In this document: piece by piece, positions 14,158 through 28,110 of the stretch
How the letters are laid out: every line of letters begins with the position of its first letter
How positions within the stretch are numbered: position 1 is the stretch's first letter
Source of the DNA: the human T2T-CHM13v2.0 reference genome, Homo sapiens
DNA: 64,000 nt
Strand: one strand, 5' to 3'
Assembly: GCF_009914755.1 (NCBI RefSeq)
Contig: NC_060947.1
Notes under the pieces: model-generated
Told to the model about the DNA's origin: nothing
What the model saw: the letters and a program-made list of their open reading frames with translations, nothing else
Database searches by the model: none
Translations under genes and position numbers: made by a program

Positions 14158-17100
14158 ACTAAGGTGAGATGATATCTCACTGTAGTTTTTATTTGCATTT
14201 CTCTGATTATCAATGATGTTGAGCACTTTTATATATGCCTGTTTGCCATTTGTATGTCTTCTTTCAATAAATGTCTATAAAAATCTTTTGCCCATTTTTT
14301 GATCAGATTGTTTGACTTTTTTTTTTCCTGAAGAGTTGTTTGAGCTCCTTATATATTCTGGTTATTAATCCCTAGTCAGATGGGTAGTTTGCAAATATTT
14401 TCTCCCATTCTTCACTTTGTTGATTGTGTCCTTTGCTGTGGAGAGCTTTTAAATTTGATGCAATCCCATTTGTCCATTTTGCTTTGCTTGCCTGTACTTG
14501 TGGGGTATTGCTTAAGTAATCTTAGCCCAGATCAATGTCCTGGAGATTTTCCCAATATTTTCTTGTAGGAGTTTCAGTTTGAGGTCTTAGATTTAAGTCT
14601 TTAATCCATTTTGATTTGATTTTTATATATGGTGAGAGATAGGGGTCTAGTTACATTCTTCTGCATATGGATATCCAGGTTTCTCAGCACCATTTATTGA
14701 AAAGACTGCCTTTTCCCCAGTGTATGCTCTTGGCATCTTTGTCAAAAATGAGTTTACTGTAAGCGTGCGGATCTGTTTCTGGGTTCTCTATTCTGCTCCA
14801 TAGGTCCATGTGTCTTTTTTTATGCCAGTATCATGCTGTTTTGATTACTATGGCTCTGTAGTATAATTTGAAGTCAGGTAATGCAATTCCTCCAGTTTTG
14901 TTCTTTTTGCTTAGAGCTATTCTGGATATTTTGTGGTACCATATACATTTTAGGATTCTGTTTTATATTTCTGTGAAGAATGTTATTGGTATTTTGATAG
15001 GGATTGCATTGAATCTACAGGTTGCTTTGGGTAATATGGACATTTTAACAATATTGATTCTTCCAATTCATGAACATGGATTATCTTTTTATTTTTTGGT
15101 GTCCTCTTCAATTTCTTTCATCAATGTTTCATAGTTTTCATTATAGAGATCTTTCATTTCTTTGGTTAATTCCTAGGTGTTTAATTTTATTTGTGGCTAT
15201 TGTCAATGGGATTACTTTTTAATTTCTTTTTCAGATTACTTGCTGTTGGTATGTGAAAATGGCAGCTTGTGGGTCTGTCATATATGGCTTTTATTATGTT
15301 GAGGTATGCTCCTTCTATATGCAGTTTTTTGATGGTTTTTATCATGAAGGGGTGTTGAATTTTATCAAATTATTTTTCAGTATCAGTTGAAATGATCATA
15401 TGGTTTTTGCCCTTCATTCTATTACAATGTATCATGCTGATTGATTTGCATATATTGAACCATCCTTGCATCCCAGGGATAAATTTCACTTGGTCATGAT
15501 GGATGATCTTTCTAATGTATTGTTGAATTCTGTTTGCTAGTATTTTGTTGAGAATTTTTGCATAAATATTCATGAGAGATAGTGGCTTGTAGTTTTTTTT
15601 TTTTTTTTAATGTGCCTTTGTCCAGTTTTGGCATCAGAATAATGTTAGCCTCATAGAATAAGTTTGGAAGTATTCCCTCCTCCTCTATTTTTCAGTAGGG
15701 TTGATATTACTTCTTCTGTAAATGTTTGGTAGAATTGAGCAGTAAAGCCATTGGGGTCCTGGGCTTTTCTTTACCGGGAGGCTTTTTGTTATGGCTTTGA
15801 TCTCATTACTTGTTATTGGTCTGTTAAGGTGTTGGATTTCTTCATGGTTCAATCTTGGTAGATTGTATGTATACAGGAATTTGTCTATTTCTCTAGATTT
15901 TCCAATTTATTGGCATATCATGGCTCATAGTAGCCATTAGTGATCTTTTGAATTTCTGCAGTATCAGATGTAATGTCTCTTTTTCATTTTATATATTTAG
16001 ATCTTCTACCTTTTTCCCTAGTCTGGCTAAAGGTTTGTCTTTTTTGAAAAGTTAAACATAACTTTTTGACCTTTTGTTTCGTTGATCTTTTTTATTATTT
16101 TCTTCATTTCAAATTCACTTATTTCTTCTCTGATCTTTATTATTTCTTTTCTTCTACTAACTTTGTGTGAGTAGTTTGCTCTTGCTTTTTTACTTCTTTA
16201 AGATGCATAATTAGATTGTTTATTTGAAGTTTTTCCTCTTTTTTGATGTAGACACTTAGAGCTAGACGCCTCCCTCATAGTACTGCTTTTGCTGCATCCC
16301 ATAGGTTTGGTATGTTGTGTTTCCATTATCATTCCCTTCAAGAATTTTTTAAATTTCCTTCTTAGTTTCTTCATTGACCACTGATCATTCAGGAACAGAT
16401 TGTTTAATTTCCATGTCTTTGTATAGTTTCAAAAATTCCTCTTATTATTGATTTCTAGTTTTATTCTTTTGTGGTCAGAGAAGACACTTGATATTATTTC
16501 TATTTTATTGAGTGTTTTAAGACTTGTTTTGTGAGCTAATGTATAGTCCATCTTTGATAATGATACATGTGCTGAGGAAAAAAATGTGTATTCTGTGACC
16601 ACTGGATGAAATGTTCTCTAAATATCTATTGGATCCATTTGATCTGTAGTGCATATTAAGTCTGTTTCTTTGTTGATTTTCTGTCTAAAAAATCTGTCCA
16701 ATGCTGAAAGTGGGGTGTTGAAGTCTCCAGCTGTTATTGTATTGGGGCCTATCTCTCTCTTTAGTTCTAATGATATTTTCTTTATATATCTGTGGTGCTC
16801 ATGTGTTGGGTGCATATATATTTATAGTCATTATCTCCTATTGTTGAATTGACCCCTTTATTATATAGTGACCTTCTTTGTCTCTTCTTATAGTTTTTAT
16901 CTTGAAATCTATTTTGTCTGATATAAGTATAGCTACTTCTGCTCTTGTTTGGTTTCCATTTGTATGGCATATCTTTTTCCTCCCTTTATTTTAAGTCTAT
17001 ATGAGTCTTTATAGGTGAAGTCTGTTTCTTGTGGGCAACAGATCAATGGATCTTGTTTTTTCATCCATTCAGCCATTCTATGTCTTTGGATTGTAGAGTT

Positions 17101-19536
17101 TAGTTCATTTACATTCAATATTATTATTGGTAAGTAAGGACTTACTCTTGCCCTTTTGTTATTTGTTTTCTGATTGTTTTGCAGTCTTCTTTCTTTCTTT
17201 CCTTCCTGTCTTTTTTTAGTTAAGATGATTTTCTCTGGTGATATGATTTATTTTCTTGCTTTTTATTTTTTGTGTATCCATTGTATGTTTTTTGGTTTGA
17301 GGTTACCAGAAGGCTTGCAAATACTATCTTATAATCCATTACTTAACCTGACAAAAACTTAACACTGTTTGCTTAAACAAAGAAGCGAAAAGAAAATAAT
17401 AAAAACTGTATGCCTTAACTTCATCTCCCTGCTTTTTAACTTTTTCGTTTTTCTATTTATGTCTTATTGTACAGTCTATGTCTTGAAAAGTTATTATAGT
17501 TATCTTTTTTGATTGGTTCATTGCTTAGTCTTTCTACTTAGGCTAAGAGTAGTTTATAACAACAGTTACTATGTTATAATAATCTGTGTTCTGTGTATTT
17601 ACTACTACCAGTGAGTTTTGTACCTTCAGGTGATTACTTATTGCTAATTAACATCCTTTTCTTTCTGACTGAAGTACTCCCTTTGCATTTCTTGTAGGAG
17701 TGGTCTGGAGTTTAGGAAATCCCTTAGCTTTTCTTTGTCTGGGAAAGTCTTTATTTCTTCTTCATGTTTGAAAGATATTTTCACCAGATATACTGTTTTA
17801 GGGTAGAAGGTTTTTTCCTTCAGCACTTTAAATATGTCATGCCACTCTCTCCTGGTTCGTAAGGTTTCCACTGAAAAGTCTCCTGCCAAACGTATTACAG
17901 AGCTCCATTGTATGTTATTTGTTTATTTTATCTTGCTGCTTTTAGGGTCTTTTCTTTATTCTTGACCTTTGGGATTGATTATTTAATGCCATGAGGTGGT
18001 TTTCTTTGAGTTAAATCTGCTTGATGTTTTATAACTTTCTTGTATTTGGTTATTGATATCTTTCTCTAGGTTTGGGAAATTCTCCGTTACTATCCCTTTG
18101 AATTAACTTTCTACCCCTATCTCTTTCTCTACCTCCTCTTTAAGGCCAATAACTCTTAGATTTGCCCTTTTGAGGCTATTTTCTAGGTCTTGTAGGCATG
18201 CTTCATTTTTTTTTATTCCTTTTCTTTTGTCTCCTCTGTGTATTTTCAAATAACCTGTCTTCAGGCTTACTAATTCTTCCTTTTGCTCCATCAATTCTGC
18301 TATTAAAAGACCCTGGCACATTCTTCAGTATTCCAGTCAAATTTTTCAGCTCCAGAATTTCTGCTTGATTATTTTTTAATATTTCAATCTCTTTGTTAAA
18401 TTTATCTGATAGAATTCTGAACTTCTTCTCTGTATCATCTTGATATTTTTTGAGTTTCCTCAACACAGCTATTTTGAATTCTCTATCTAAAAGGTCACAT
18501 ATTTCTGTTTCTCCAGGGTTGGTCCCTGGTAGCTTATTTAGTTTATTTGGTGAGGTCATGTTTTCCTGGATGGTGTTGATGCTAGTCAACAATCTTCAGT
18601 GCCTGTGTATTGGTGAGTTAGGTATTTATTGTAGTCTTCACTATCTGAGGTTGTTTGCACCCTTCCTTGTTGGGAAGGCTTTCTAGATACTTGAAAGGAC
18701 TTAAGTGTTATTATCTAAGCCATATCTGCTTTAGGGGTCTCCCCCAGCCCCATAAGGCTATGGTTCTTGCAGACTCGTAGAGGTACCACCTTGGTGGTCT
18801 TGGACAGGATCTGGGAGAATTCTCTGGATTACCAGGCAGAAGTTCTTGCTCTCTTTCATTACTTTCTCCCTCCAAAATGGAGTCTCTCTGTTCTGACTCA
18901 CCTAGAGCTGGAGGTGTTGTGACACAAGCACCTCTGTGGCCACCACCATTATGACTGTGCTGTAGAGCACTGGATCTCACCCAAGGCTTGCTGTAACCAC
19001 TCCCTGGCTACTTCTTATGCTTTCTTAGGGCTGAGCTGGCACTCAAAACATAAGACAGTCCTTGCCACACTTCTTTCCCCTTTCTAAAGGCAGAGTAGCC
19101 TCACCCTGTAGCCACGGCCACTGTAGACCATGGGGAGTTCTGCAAGACTATTGCCGATTTTCCCTTAAGACCCAAGGGCTCTCAAGTCAGATTGTGGTAA
19201 ATGCTGCCTGGCCTGGAACTCACCATTCAGGGCAGTGGGCACTCTTCTGGCCCATGGCAGAGCCAGAGATGCCATCTAAGCATCAAATCCTGGAATCAAA
19301 GACTCCAAGAGCTCACTTGGTGCTCTGCCCAACTGTGGCCAAGCTGGTACCTAACCTGAAAGACAAAGTCCCCTTTGCTTAGTTCTTAGAGAGTACTAAG
19401 TGCTCTCTGTACCACACTGCTGCTGCTAGGGAGAAACGGGGGGTGGTGAGGGAGGGGTGACACTGGCGATTCATATAGTTAAAACCAGGTACTATGAAGG
19501 CTCACCTGATCTTATGAGGGTGTTTTCTTTGTGTAG

Positions 19537-21084
19537 TTTTTTTTTTTTCTTTTTTGCTAACAATGTTTTTGCTTTTTGCTTGTTTTTAATTGAACTAATT
19601 GTTCACATTTATGGAACACTGTGTGATATTTTTAACTTTTATTTTAAGTTCAGGGGTACACGTGCAGGTTTGTTACATAGGTAAATGTGTGTCATGGGGG
19701 TTTGTTGTCCAGATTATTTCATCACCCAGGTATTAAACCTAGTATCCATTAGTTATTTTTCCTGATCCTCTCCCTCCTCCCACTCTCCACCTTCCAATCA
19801 ACTCCAGTGTGTGTTGTTCCTCTCTTCGTTCCCATGTGTTCTCATCATTTAGCTCCCACTTAAAAGTGAGAACATGTAGTATTTGGTTTTCTGATCCCGT
19901 GTTAGTTTGCTAAGGATGATTGCTTCCAGCTCTATCCATGTCCCTGGAAAGGACATCATCTCATTCTTTTATATGGCTGATAGTATTCCATGGTGTATAT
20001 CTACCGCATTTTCTTTATCCAGTCTATCATCGATGGCCATTTGGGTTGATTCCATGTCTTTGTTTTTGTGAATAGTGCTGCAATGAACATATGTGTGCAT
20101 GTGTCTTTATAACAGATTGATTTATATTCCTTTGGGTATATACCCAGTAATGGGATTGCTGGGTTGATTGGTATTTCTATCTTTAGGTCTTTGAGGAATT
20201 GCCACACTGTCTTCCACAATGGTTGAACTAATTTACATTCCCACCAACAGTGTGTAAGCATTCCTTTTTCTCTGCAACCTCACCGGCATCTGTTATTTTT
20301 TGACTTTTTTATAGTACCCATTCTGACTGGTGTTAGATGGTATCTTATTGTGGTTTTGATTTGCATTTCTCTAATGATCAGTGATGTTGAGCTTTTTTTC
20401 ATGTGACTATTGGCCACATGTATGTCTTCTTTTGAAAAGTCTCTGTTCATGTCATTTGCCCACTTTTTAATGGGGTTGTTTTTTTTTCTTGTAAATTTGT
20501 TTAAGTCCCATATAGATGCTAGATATTAGACCTTAGTTCAGATGCAGAGTTTGCAAAAAGTCTCTCCCATTCTGTAGGTTGTCTGTTTACTCTGTTGGTA
20601 GTTTCTTTTGCTGTGCAGAAGCTCTTTAGTTTAATTAGATACCATTTGTCAATTTTAGCTTTTGTTGCAATTGCTGTTGGTGTCTTCATCATGAAATCTT
20701 TGCCTGTGCCTACGTCCTGAATGGTATTGCCTAGGTTATCTTCCAGAGTTTTAATAGTTTTGGGTTTTACATTAAGTGTTTAATCCATCTTGAGTTAATT
20801 TTTGTATATTATATTAAAAAGGGGTCCAGTTTCAATCTTGTGCATATGGCTAGCCAGTTATCCCAGCACCATTTATTAAATAGAGAATCCTTTCCCCATT
20901 GCTTGTTTTTGTCAGGATTGTCAAAGATCATATAGTTGTAGGGTTGCAGTCTAATTTCTGGGTTCTCTGTTTCATTCCATTGATCTATGTGTCTGTTCTT
21001 GTACCAGTACCATGCAGTTTTGGTAACTGTAGCCCTGTAGTATAGTTTGAAGTTGGGTAGTGTGATGCCTCCAGCTTTTTGTTT
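19537..21084 (-). mobile_element. 5'-truncated L1PA13-like element with short 3' transduction
   Basis: L1PA11-15-type 3'UTR from ~19629; ORF2 C-terminus (20001-20261); TSD tgttttctttgtgtag (19521-19536) / tgttttgtttttgtag (21085-21100). Confidence 0.85.
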
Positions 21085-21786
21085 TGTTTTGTTTTTGTAG
21101 ACAATTGTTAAATTGATGTCGTTGCAGGGGCGATGATCAGTGGAACCTTCTACTCCACCACCTTGTTCCCAGCCACTTTTCTTAAATCAACAATTCTCAA
21201 ATTGTTGAAAGCCTTCGGTTAATTTCCAGAGTTCTGAAAGAAATGGTTTTGACATTTTTTGCCAGTTTTCTCATTGCTTTTATGGAGGAGCAGGTTTTTA
21301 AAGTCTTTACTTTACCATTCCAGAAGTGCTTCTTTAGGTACAGACTTGAGGGGAAATACCTTGGGTCAATTTTGGACTAATTAAATAAAACTTGTCTTTG
21401 AGACACCCAAGAGGAGATATCCAGTACACATTTAAATATGTGTCATATAACAGATGCAATGGTTAACATTTCTTTTAGGACTTCAGAGGAAGAGATGAGT
21501 TAACATATTTCTCAGCTCATTGAATGTTAATGTCATTGGTTTACACAAAGCCCCTCTCTGGTAGTTATTCTTGTATGTATGTATGTATGTATAATTACTC
21601 ATATGACATTTCCATTCTTCCCTTTCATATGCAATCATTCCAATATGTTTAATATATATCTTTTGGCTCATTAAGTGTTCTCCCAAAATTTGTGTTATTG
21701 TTTTGTGTTCAAGTTTTCTGTGTGGTCAAGAAAATATTGTATCATATGTGTTTACACACATACACACCCACAACACACACACATCT

Positions 21787-21954
21787 GAGGGGTTCTCAAA
21801 CATCGCTGCACATTGGAATCACCTGTATAGCTTTAATCTAATGTCTCACTTGCAGCTCATACCAAAAAATCAGACTCTATGATGGGACCCAGGCATTATA
21901 GTTCTTAAATTACTCCAGATGATCTCAATGCACAGCCAAGTTTGAGAACCGGTG
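21787..21954. mobile_element. MER5-family hAT MITE
   Basis: ggttctcaaac...ggaatcacctg...gtttgagaacc termini. Confidence 0.75.
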
Positions 21955-22041
21955 ATATATATATCATTCTATTTTTTTACTTTTTTAAAAACTCAGCACT
22001 GTTTTAAAGATCTGTCCATGTTTCTCCTTGTGTATCTAGTC

Positions 22042-22272
22042 CAGAGATCAGCAAACATTTTTTTTTGTAAGGGATATCACATAGTAATCATTTTTGGCTT
22101 TGCAGGTCATGTGGTCTCTGTTGCAACCCAGCTCTGCTGTTGTAGTGTGAAAACAGCCATAGATAATACCTAAAGAAACAGACATAGCCATTTTCTACTA
22201 GAACTTTATTTATAAATTATTTATAAACAAAAAGACAGAACCAAGAGGTGGGTCACAGTTTGCTGACCTCTG
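22042..22272. mobile_element. MER58A hAT MITE inside an old L1ME fragment (~21500-22660)
   Basis: TIRs cagagatcagcaaac / gtttgctgacctctg; 8-bp TSD at(c/g)tagtc. Confidence 0.85.
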
Positions 22273-22689
22273 ATGTAGTCATTTGTTTCCAATTACTGGG
22301 GCATCTCCATGGGGTGCATCTACTACATTCACCTATCCTCTCTTCTAGTTAGAGGTTAGTTTGCTTCAAATTCTTCACTACCACAAGTTATTTGCAATGA
22401 ATATGAATCTGATCATCTACTCGTATCCTTATGGCCCCATATAATAAGTTATTTGGGAATTTCTGGACTATAGGGCATCAGTAACAGTAACTTTGACTAT
22501 ATAATTCTAGGTTTCTCCAGAATAGCTGTACCAGTTTACACTCCCACCAGCAGAACATAAGAATTCCTGGATCCTCACATCCATACCAACACTTGGCATT
22601 ATCTAGCTGTCTAAATTTTGCCAGTTTAATAGTTTAATTTGCATTTCTGATTATAATATTTTGCTTCTTTGTGTGATTATCTGGTTAAT

Positions 22690-23230
22690 AACTGTCTCCC
22701 ATAAAATTCTATACATACTCCATGAGGGCGAACATCTTATCTGGTTTTGCTCACTCTTATTTCCAGTGCCTAGCGTAAGCCTTGCACGTAGTAAGTGTCC
22801 CATAAATATTAGTAGGACAAATAGGCAGATATGTGAGCACCTCTGTGTTAGTCATACAAAAACATTCATTTTTTATTGATAGGTTTGAACTGGTGACTTG
22901 AGAAAAGGGAACCTGTTTTGAGTAGCAGGATTCCTAACCTCAGGAGGACTTATACTTTGGGAAAGAGGGCAAAAGTATTCATGTATTCCACTTATTCAAA
23001 AAATATTTCAGCATTTATGCTATGTTCCAGGCATTATGCACAATGGTGAGCAAGACAGCTACAGTCCTACCCTCAGGGAGCCCACAGTGTGATAGAGATG
23101 TCAACTAGTTGGGCAAAATATTGTCATACAGTGAGAGGAATGGTTTGATTGGGTAAGTATCAGATACTCTGGAGGCTCTTAGTAGGTGTCCCCTAACATA
23201 ATCTATTGGGAGTTAGGGAAGACAAGCACA
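22690..23230. mobile_element. Two L2 3' fragments (+ strand ~22690-22830; - strand ~22980-23230)
   Basis: ccagtgcctagc...agtaagtgtcccataaatatt and cttattcaaaaaatatttcagcatttatgctatgttccaggca. Confidence 0.65.
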
Positions 23231-24349
23231 GTGAAAATACAAGATGAATCCTTATGTATGCCCAGCAAATTTCCCTGGCAGTAGGATGTTAAAAAAAAAA
23301 CTCAGGGACTCATAGAAGAGAACAGTAATATTCTAGCAGTGTTATACAAACAAGCTTAGATGTGTCTTCAAGATGTTCTGCAAATAGTGGAGTGATTTAA
23401 AGGAATTTAAGATAATTATACTTAAATCCCCTTTCTCCAATTGTTCTATTTTTGACTCCTAGAGAGGAATTGCTGGAGTGGTTCTCTTTCACTTTATTAG
23501 CTGTAAAATAAACATCTCCAGATGCTCAGAAATGTAAAGGCTACCATGCTTCTTTGGCCAATGGTTGATATGATTAGTAATGAATACAAAATCTTCAGTA
23601 AACCATAACTGATCTTTTGCCATTTTGAAAGTTTAACTGTTTGGGGAAAGTTTTGGATTCCTGCGAAAAGCAGATTTGAAATTTAATGGCTTGAATTTGC
23701 TTATTGAGCACTCCCTCATCCTCACCACTTATATACACACGCTGAAGAGTTTCACTAAGTATTATCATGGATTTAAAAATCTACGTAAAGTCCATAAAAA
23801 TCTACAGTTTCTAAACAACAACAATTACTTCAGCTATCCTTGCTTATTCTTCCTACTCTTTCTGCATCATTTATTTTCATCTCTCCCTTCCTATTTTTTT
23901 CCTTTTTCCCCCACTAACAATGTTAGGAGCAAAGACTGATATTTATTTATTTATGTTTCATTTTATGATTGGAAGAAAGCCGCAGGCATCTGGTCCACAC
24001 CCCACATTGTTAGAGACAGAACTTGGGTCCAGAAGGTTAACCAACCTGTTTACAGTCTCACTGCCTGTGTTTATTCTCAGTGGTGGTGGGGAGGTGACGG
24101 GGAGAATCAGGATAAATAGCAAAGAACAGTTCTAGATAAGGTAACAAGTGTTAGGAAAACTACTAGCACAGAAAATTAAAAGCAACAACAAAGAGCACAT
24201 AGATGGCAGTGTTCCATCAACCCTCTATATTGTCTTGCTTATCTTTGAGGACTGCCATAGAATAAATAGTTCTTGAGCCCTACTACACTCAGGACACTGT
24301 TGTGGGCATGGCTAAGTGCTGATGTCTTCCCTGGTCTGAGGGTTATTCT

Positions 24350-26520
24350 CTGTTACCACTCCTCCGTTCCTGTCCCATACCATTCTTTGCCCTTCTCTGT
24401 CCTGCTCTGTGATCTTGGAGGAGGATCCCCATGGACTGCATCACCAGACTTCCTTACCACCACACCTTTAGTTGAGCTCAATCAACAGAGGCACAGGCAT
24501 GAGATAGGACAAAAGGAAAACAGGTAGAAGTATTTCTTTCCACCCCTTCCTTCTCAGACAGCAGCTGAGATCTTCTATGACTATAGCACCATTGTGCACC
24601 CCCTTCCCTCCTCTATGTGACAGCTTACAAGGGGCTCTGTTTTTTCCTGTGTTCTCCTCAGGCTTTCAGATGGTAAAGGCTTCCTGCTGTGCTAGTCTCT
24701 GTGTGCCTCAACCCTCTTATTTGTTCTTTTTTTTTTTTAATTTTTTTAGTATTTATTGATCATTCTTGGGTGTTTCTCGGAGAGGGGGATTTGGCAGGGA
24801 CATAGGACAATAGTGGAGAGAAGGTCAGTAGATAAACATGTGAACAAAGGTCTCTGGTTTTCCTAGGCAGAGGACCCTGCGGCCTTCCGCAGTGTTTGTG
24901 ACCCTGGGTACTTGAGATTAGGGAGTGGTGATGACTCTTAAGGAGCATGCTGCCTTCAAGCATCTGTTTAACAAAGCACATCTTGCACCGCCCTTAAGCC
25001 ATTTAACCCTGAGTGGACACAGCACATGTTTCAGAGAGCACGGGGTTGGGGGTAAGGTTATAGATTAACAGCATCCCAAGGCAGAAGAATTTTTCTTAGT
25101 ACAGAACAAAATGGTGTCTCCTATGTCAACTTCTTTCTACACAGACACAGTAACAATCTGATCTCTCTTTCTTTTCCCCACATTTCCCCCTTTTCTTTTC
25201 GACAAAACCGCCATCGTCATCATGGTCCGTTCTCAATGAGCTGTTGGGTACACCTCCCAGATGGGGTGGCGGCCGGGCAGAGGGGCCCCTCACTTCCCAG
25301 ACGTGGCAGCCTGGCAGAGGGGCCCCCCACCTCCCAGAAGGGGTGGCCGGGGGGGCGCCCCCCACCTCCCAGACCAGGTGGCTGCTGGGCAGGGGCACTC
25401 CCCACCTCCCAGACCGGGCGGCCGGGCGGAGACGCTCCTCACTTCCCAGACTGGGCGGCTGCTGGGTGGAGGGGCTCCTCACTTCTCAGACGAGGTGGCT
25501 GGGCAGAGGCGCTCCTCACTTCCCAGACTGGGTGGCGGCCGGGCAGAGGTGCTCCTCACCTCCCAGACGGGGTGGCGGCCGGGTAGAGGTGCTCCTCACC
25601 TCCCAGAGGGGGCGGCCGGGCAGAGGCTCTCCTCACATCCCAGACGGGGCGGCCGGGCAGAGGCACTCCCCACATCCCAGATGATGGGTGGCCAGGCAGA
25701 GACGCTCCTCACTTCCTAGACAGGATGACGGCCGGGAAGATGCGCTCCTCACTTCCCAGACTGGGCCGCCGGGCAGAGGGGCTCCTCACATCCCAGATGG
25801 GCGGCCAGGCAGAGACGCTCCTCACTTCCTAGATGGGGTGGCGGCTGGGAAGAGGCGCTCCTCACTTCCCAGACTGGGTGGCCAGGCAGAGGGGCACCTC
25901 ACATCCCAGACGATGGGCCGCCAGGCAGAGACACTCCTCACTTCCTAGACGGGGTGGCGGCCGGTCAGAGGCTTCAATCTCAGCACTTTGGGAGGCCAAG
26001 GCAGGCGGCTGGGAGGTGGAGGTTGTAGCAGCCGAGATCACGCCACTGCACTCCAGCCTGGGCAACATTGAGCACTGAGTGAGCGAGACTCCGTCTGCAA
26101 TCCCGGCACCTGGGGAGGCCGAGGGGGGCAGATCACTCGAGGTCAGGAGCTGGAGACCAGCCCGGCCAACACGGGGAAACCCCGTCTCCACCAAAAAATA
26201 CAAAAACCAGTCAGGCGTGGTGGCGCGTGCCTGCAATCCCAGGCACTCGGCAGGCTGAGGCAGGAGAATCAGGCAGGGAGGTTGCAGTGAGCCGAGATCG
26301 CGGCAGCACAGTCTAGCCTCGGGAACAGAGGGAGACCGTGGAAAGCGGGAGATGGAGAGGAGGGAGAGGGGAAGACCGTGGAAAGCGGGAGATGGAGACA
26401 AGGGAGAGGGAGAGGGAGAGGGAGCCTCTTATTTGTTCTTATAACCCAGTTGTGGTCTCTTTAAGTTTCTTCATTTGAACTTTCTGAGTTGAATTCTGTT
26501 TTCTATTGGGATCCAAACTG
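24350..26520 (+). mobile_element. LTR33-like ERVL LTR split by the SVA
   Basis: gcccttctctgtcctgctctgtg...ggactgcatcacc motif; sequence resumes after the SVA TSD. Confidence 0.6.
24729..26424 (-). mobile_element. Full-length SVA retrotransposon (SVA_B-like, A-C group)
   Basis: Poly-T, SINE-R (24760-25250), GC-rich VNTR (~25250-25970), Alu-like domain, (CCCTCT)n hexamers; perfect 16-bp TSD cctcttatttgttctt at 24713-24728 and 26425-26440; older-type SINE-R (ggttatagattaac, acagtaacaatctgatctc). Confidence 0.97.
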
Positions 26521-27654
26521 ATAGGATGATTCCTCTATCTTACAGTACTTTCATTGATAGTACTAGATGTAGAACAGTACTATAGAAATTTAGAGAATGA
26601 AGAACAAAAATCTTGATCTTACAACCTCATTGCAGAAATGGGAAAGACATAAATACACACACAGGGATGTTAAGTCCCCAAACCCAATAAACAAGAGAAG
26701 AATCAACCCCATATGTACAGAGACAGGTGCAAGATGCACACAAGTAGGAAAGTGGGGAAGATAAACATGTTTCTCTGAGCCTCTGTTCCGACCACAGTGT
26801 GATTCACAAGTGCCTGCTTGTGCTGTGAGCTCTCCCATAGGGCAAGATCATCATAACACAATGTCACCCCAGGGAGTGCCCACATTTTAGCTTGCTTGTT
26901 GCTGGGGAAAAGACTTGCTGCTTTGTGTTTCATTTGATGAAGGTAATGCTTCCTTATCAGAAATTCATTCCATTCTAAGGTACTTTATGTTTTCCTGTTT
27001 CTCCAAAGTCTGTCATTTCCTACATGGTGTATATCTGTTTCCCTTTGTCATGGTTTAGAGGAAATACCACATTTCATGAAGATTTCATTTATGAGAAGGA
27101 AAAATAGCAGTTTTAATACTGTAAGTATTTTGTTGTTGTTGTTTTCTGAAGCAACGTAGTGAATCTCATGCATGATGGGCCAATGCTCCTCTCTCTGTGA
27201 CTTCCTGGGGCATGTGCCCATGAACTGGGTGATGAGCCTCTTTGCAGACAGATATTGTTCTTTCATTTTGTTTTTATACAGTGGGGTGTATATCTTCAGC
27301 CACTCGTAGCTTAGTGCATTTTCAGTCTTGTTTTAGCCACTGGGCTAAACTGAAGCACAAAGGGCTCTTCATAATATCTTCCCATTATGGATTTGGGGCA
27401 GGGGGGCCTTACAAACACTTTTCTGTGGCTGTGTTTTGGATGGGCCCAGAAAAGCTCATTTCAGTGGTGTCCAGGGATACGTTGTTAGCAATCACTCAAG
27501 AAAGCCCACAGGGCAAAAGCTCTTGTAAAGCATTAGGATTTTACTTCTCTTAAATTCTTCAGGTAATATAAATGAGGAGAAAACTCTGGGAAGCCCCAAA
27601 GGAGGGCCTCTTGTGTTACTGTAATATACACAAATTTAATTTAACTGCACTTCA

Positions 27655-28110
27655 GAATTCATTTATTCATTCACTTAACAAAAATATATTAGGCACTTAC
27701 TATGTGCCTGACACTAAGCAGGGTATGAACAACATTTAAAGTCAAAAAGGAATGGCCTTGGCCTTGGTCCTCAAGAAGTTTATAGCCCTGTGTCTTATCT
27801 GTTCACTACCATTTAAAGGCAACCCCAGAAGACAAATAACCTTCTTGGACTTATTTCTTAAGTTGTTCCACTTGTTTTATCACAGGCTATAAAAAGTGGT
27901 ATTGTACATTGCAATTTTATCTTCTTTATTTTATTTAAACATTACAACTACTCTGTGAAGTCAATCCAGTTAGTATAACATCCTCCATTTTAAAAGTTAG
28001 GACTGAGATACTATGTAAGCCCAAAGATTTACCCTGCAGTCACAGTTGAGAGAAGTCAGGCCCTGAACCTCACTTGAGAAAAGCCTTTGCTTTCTCCACT
28101 TTACCACTGT
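27655..28110 (-). mobile_element. L2 3' fragment and MIR fragment
   Basis: attcatttattcattcacttaacaaaaatatattaggcacttactatgtgcc; MIR core-like ccattttaaaagttaggactgag. Confidence 0.6.

Noticed and set aside
25126-26401. Overlapping 116-179 aa ORFs on both strands
   Set aside because: Stop-poor frames of the GC-rich SVA VNTR and Alu-like region, not genes
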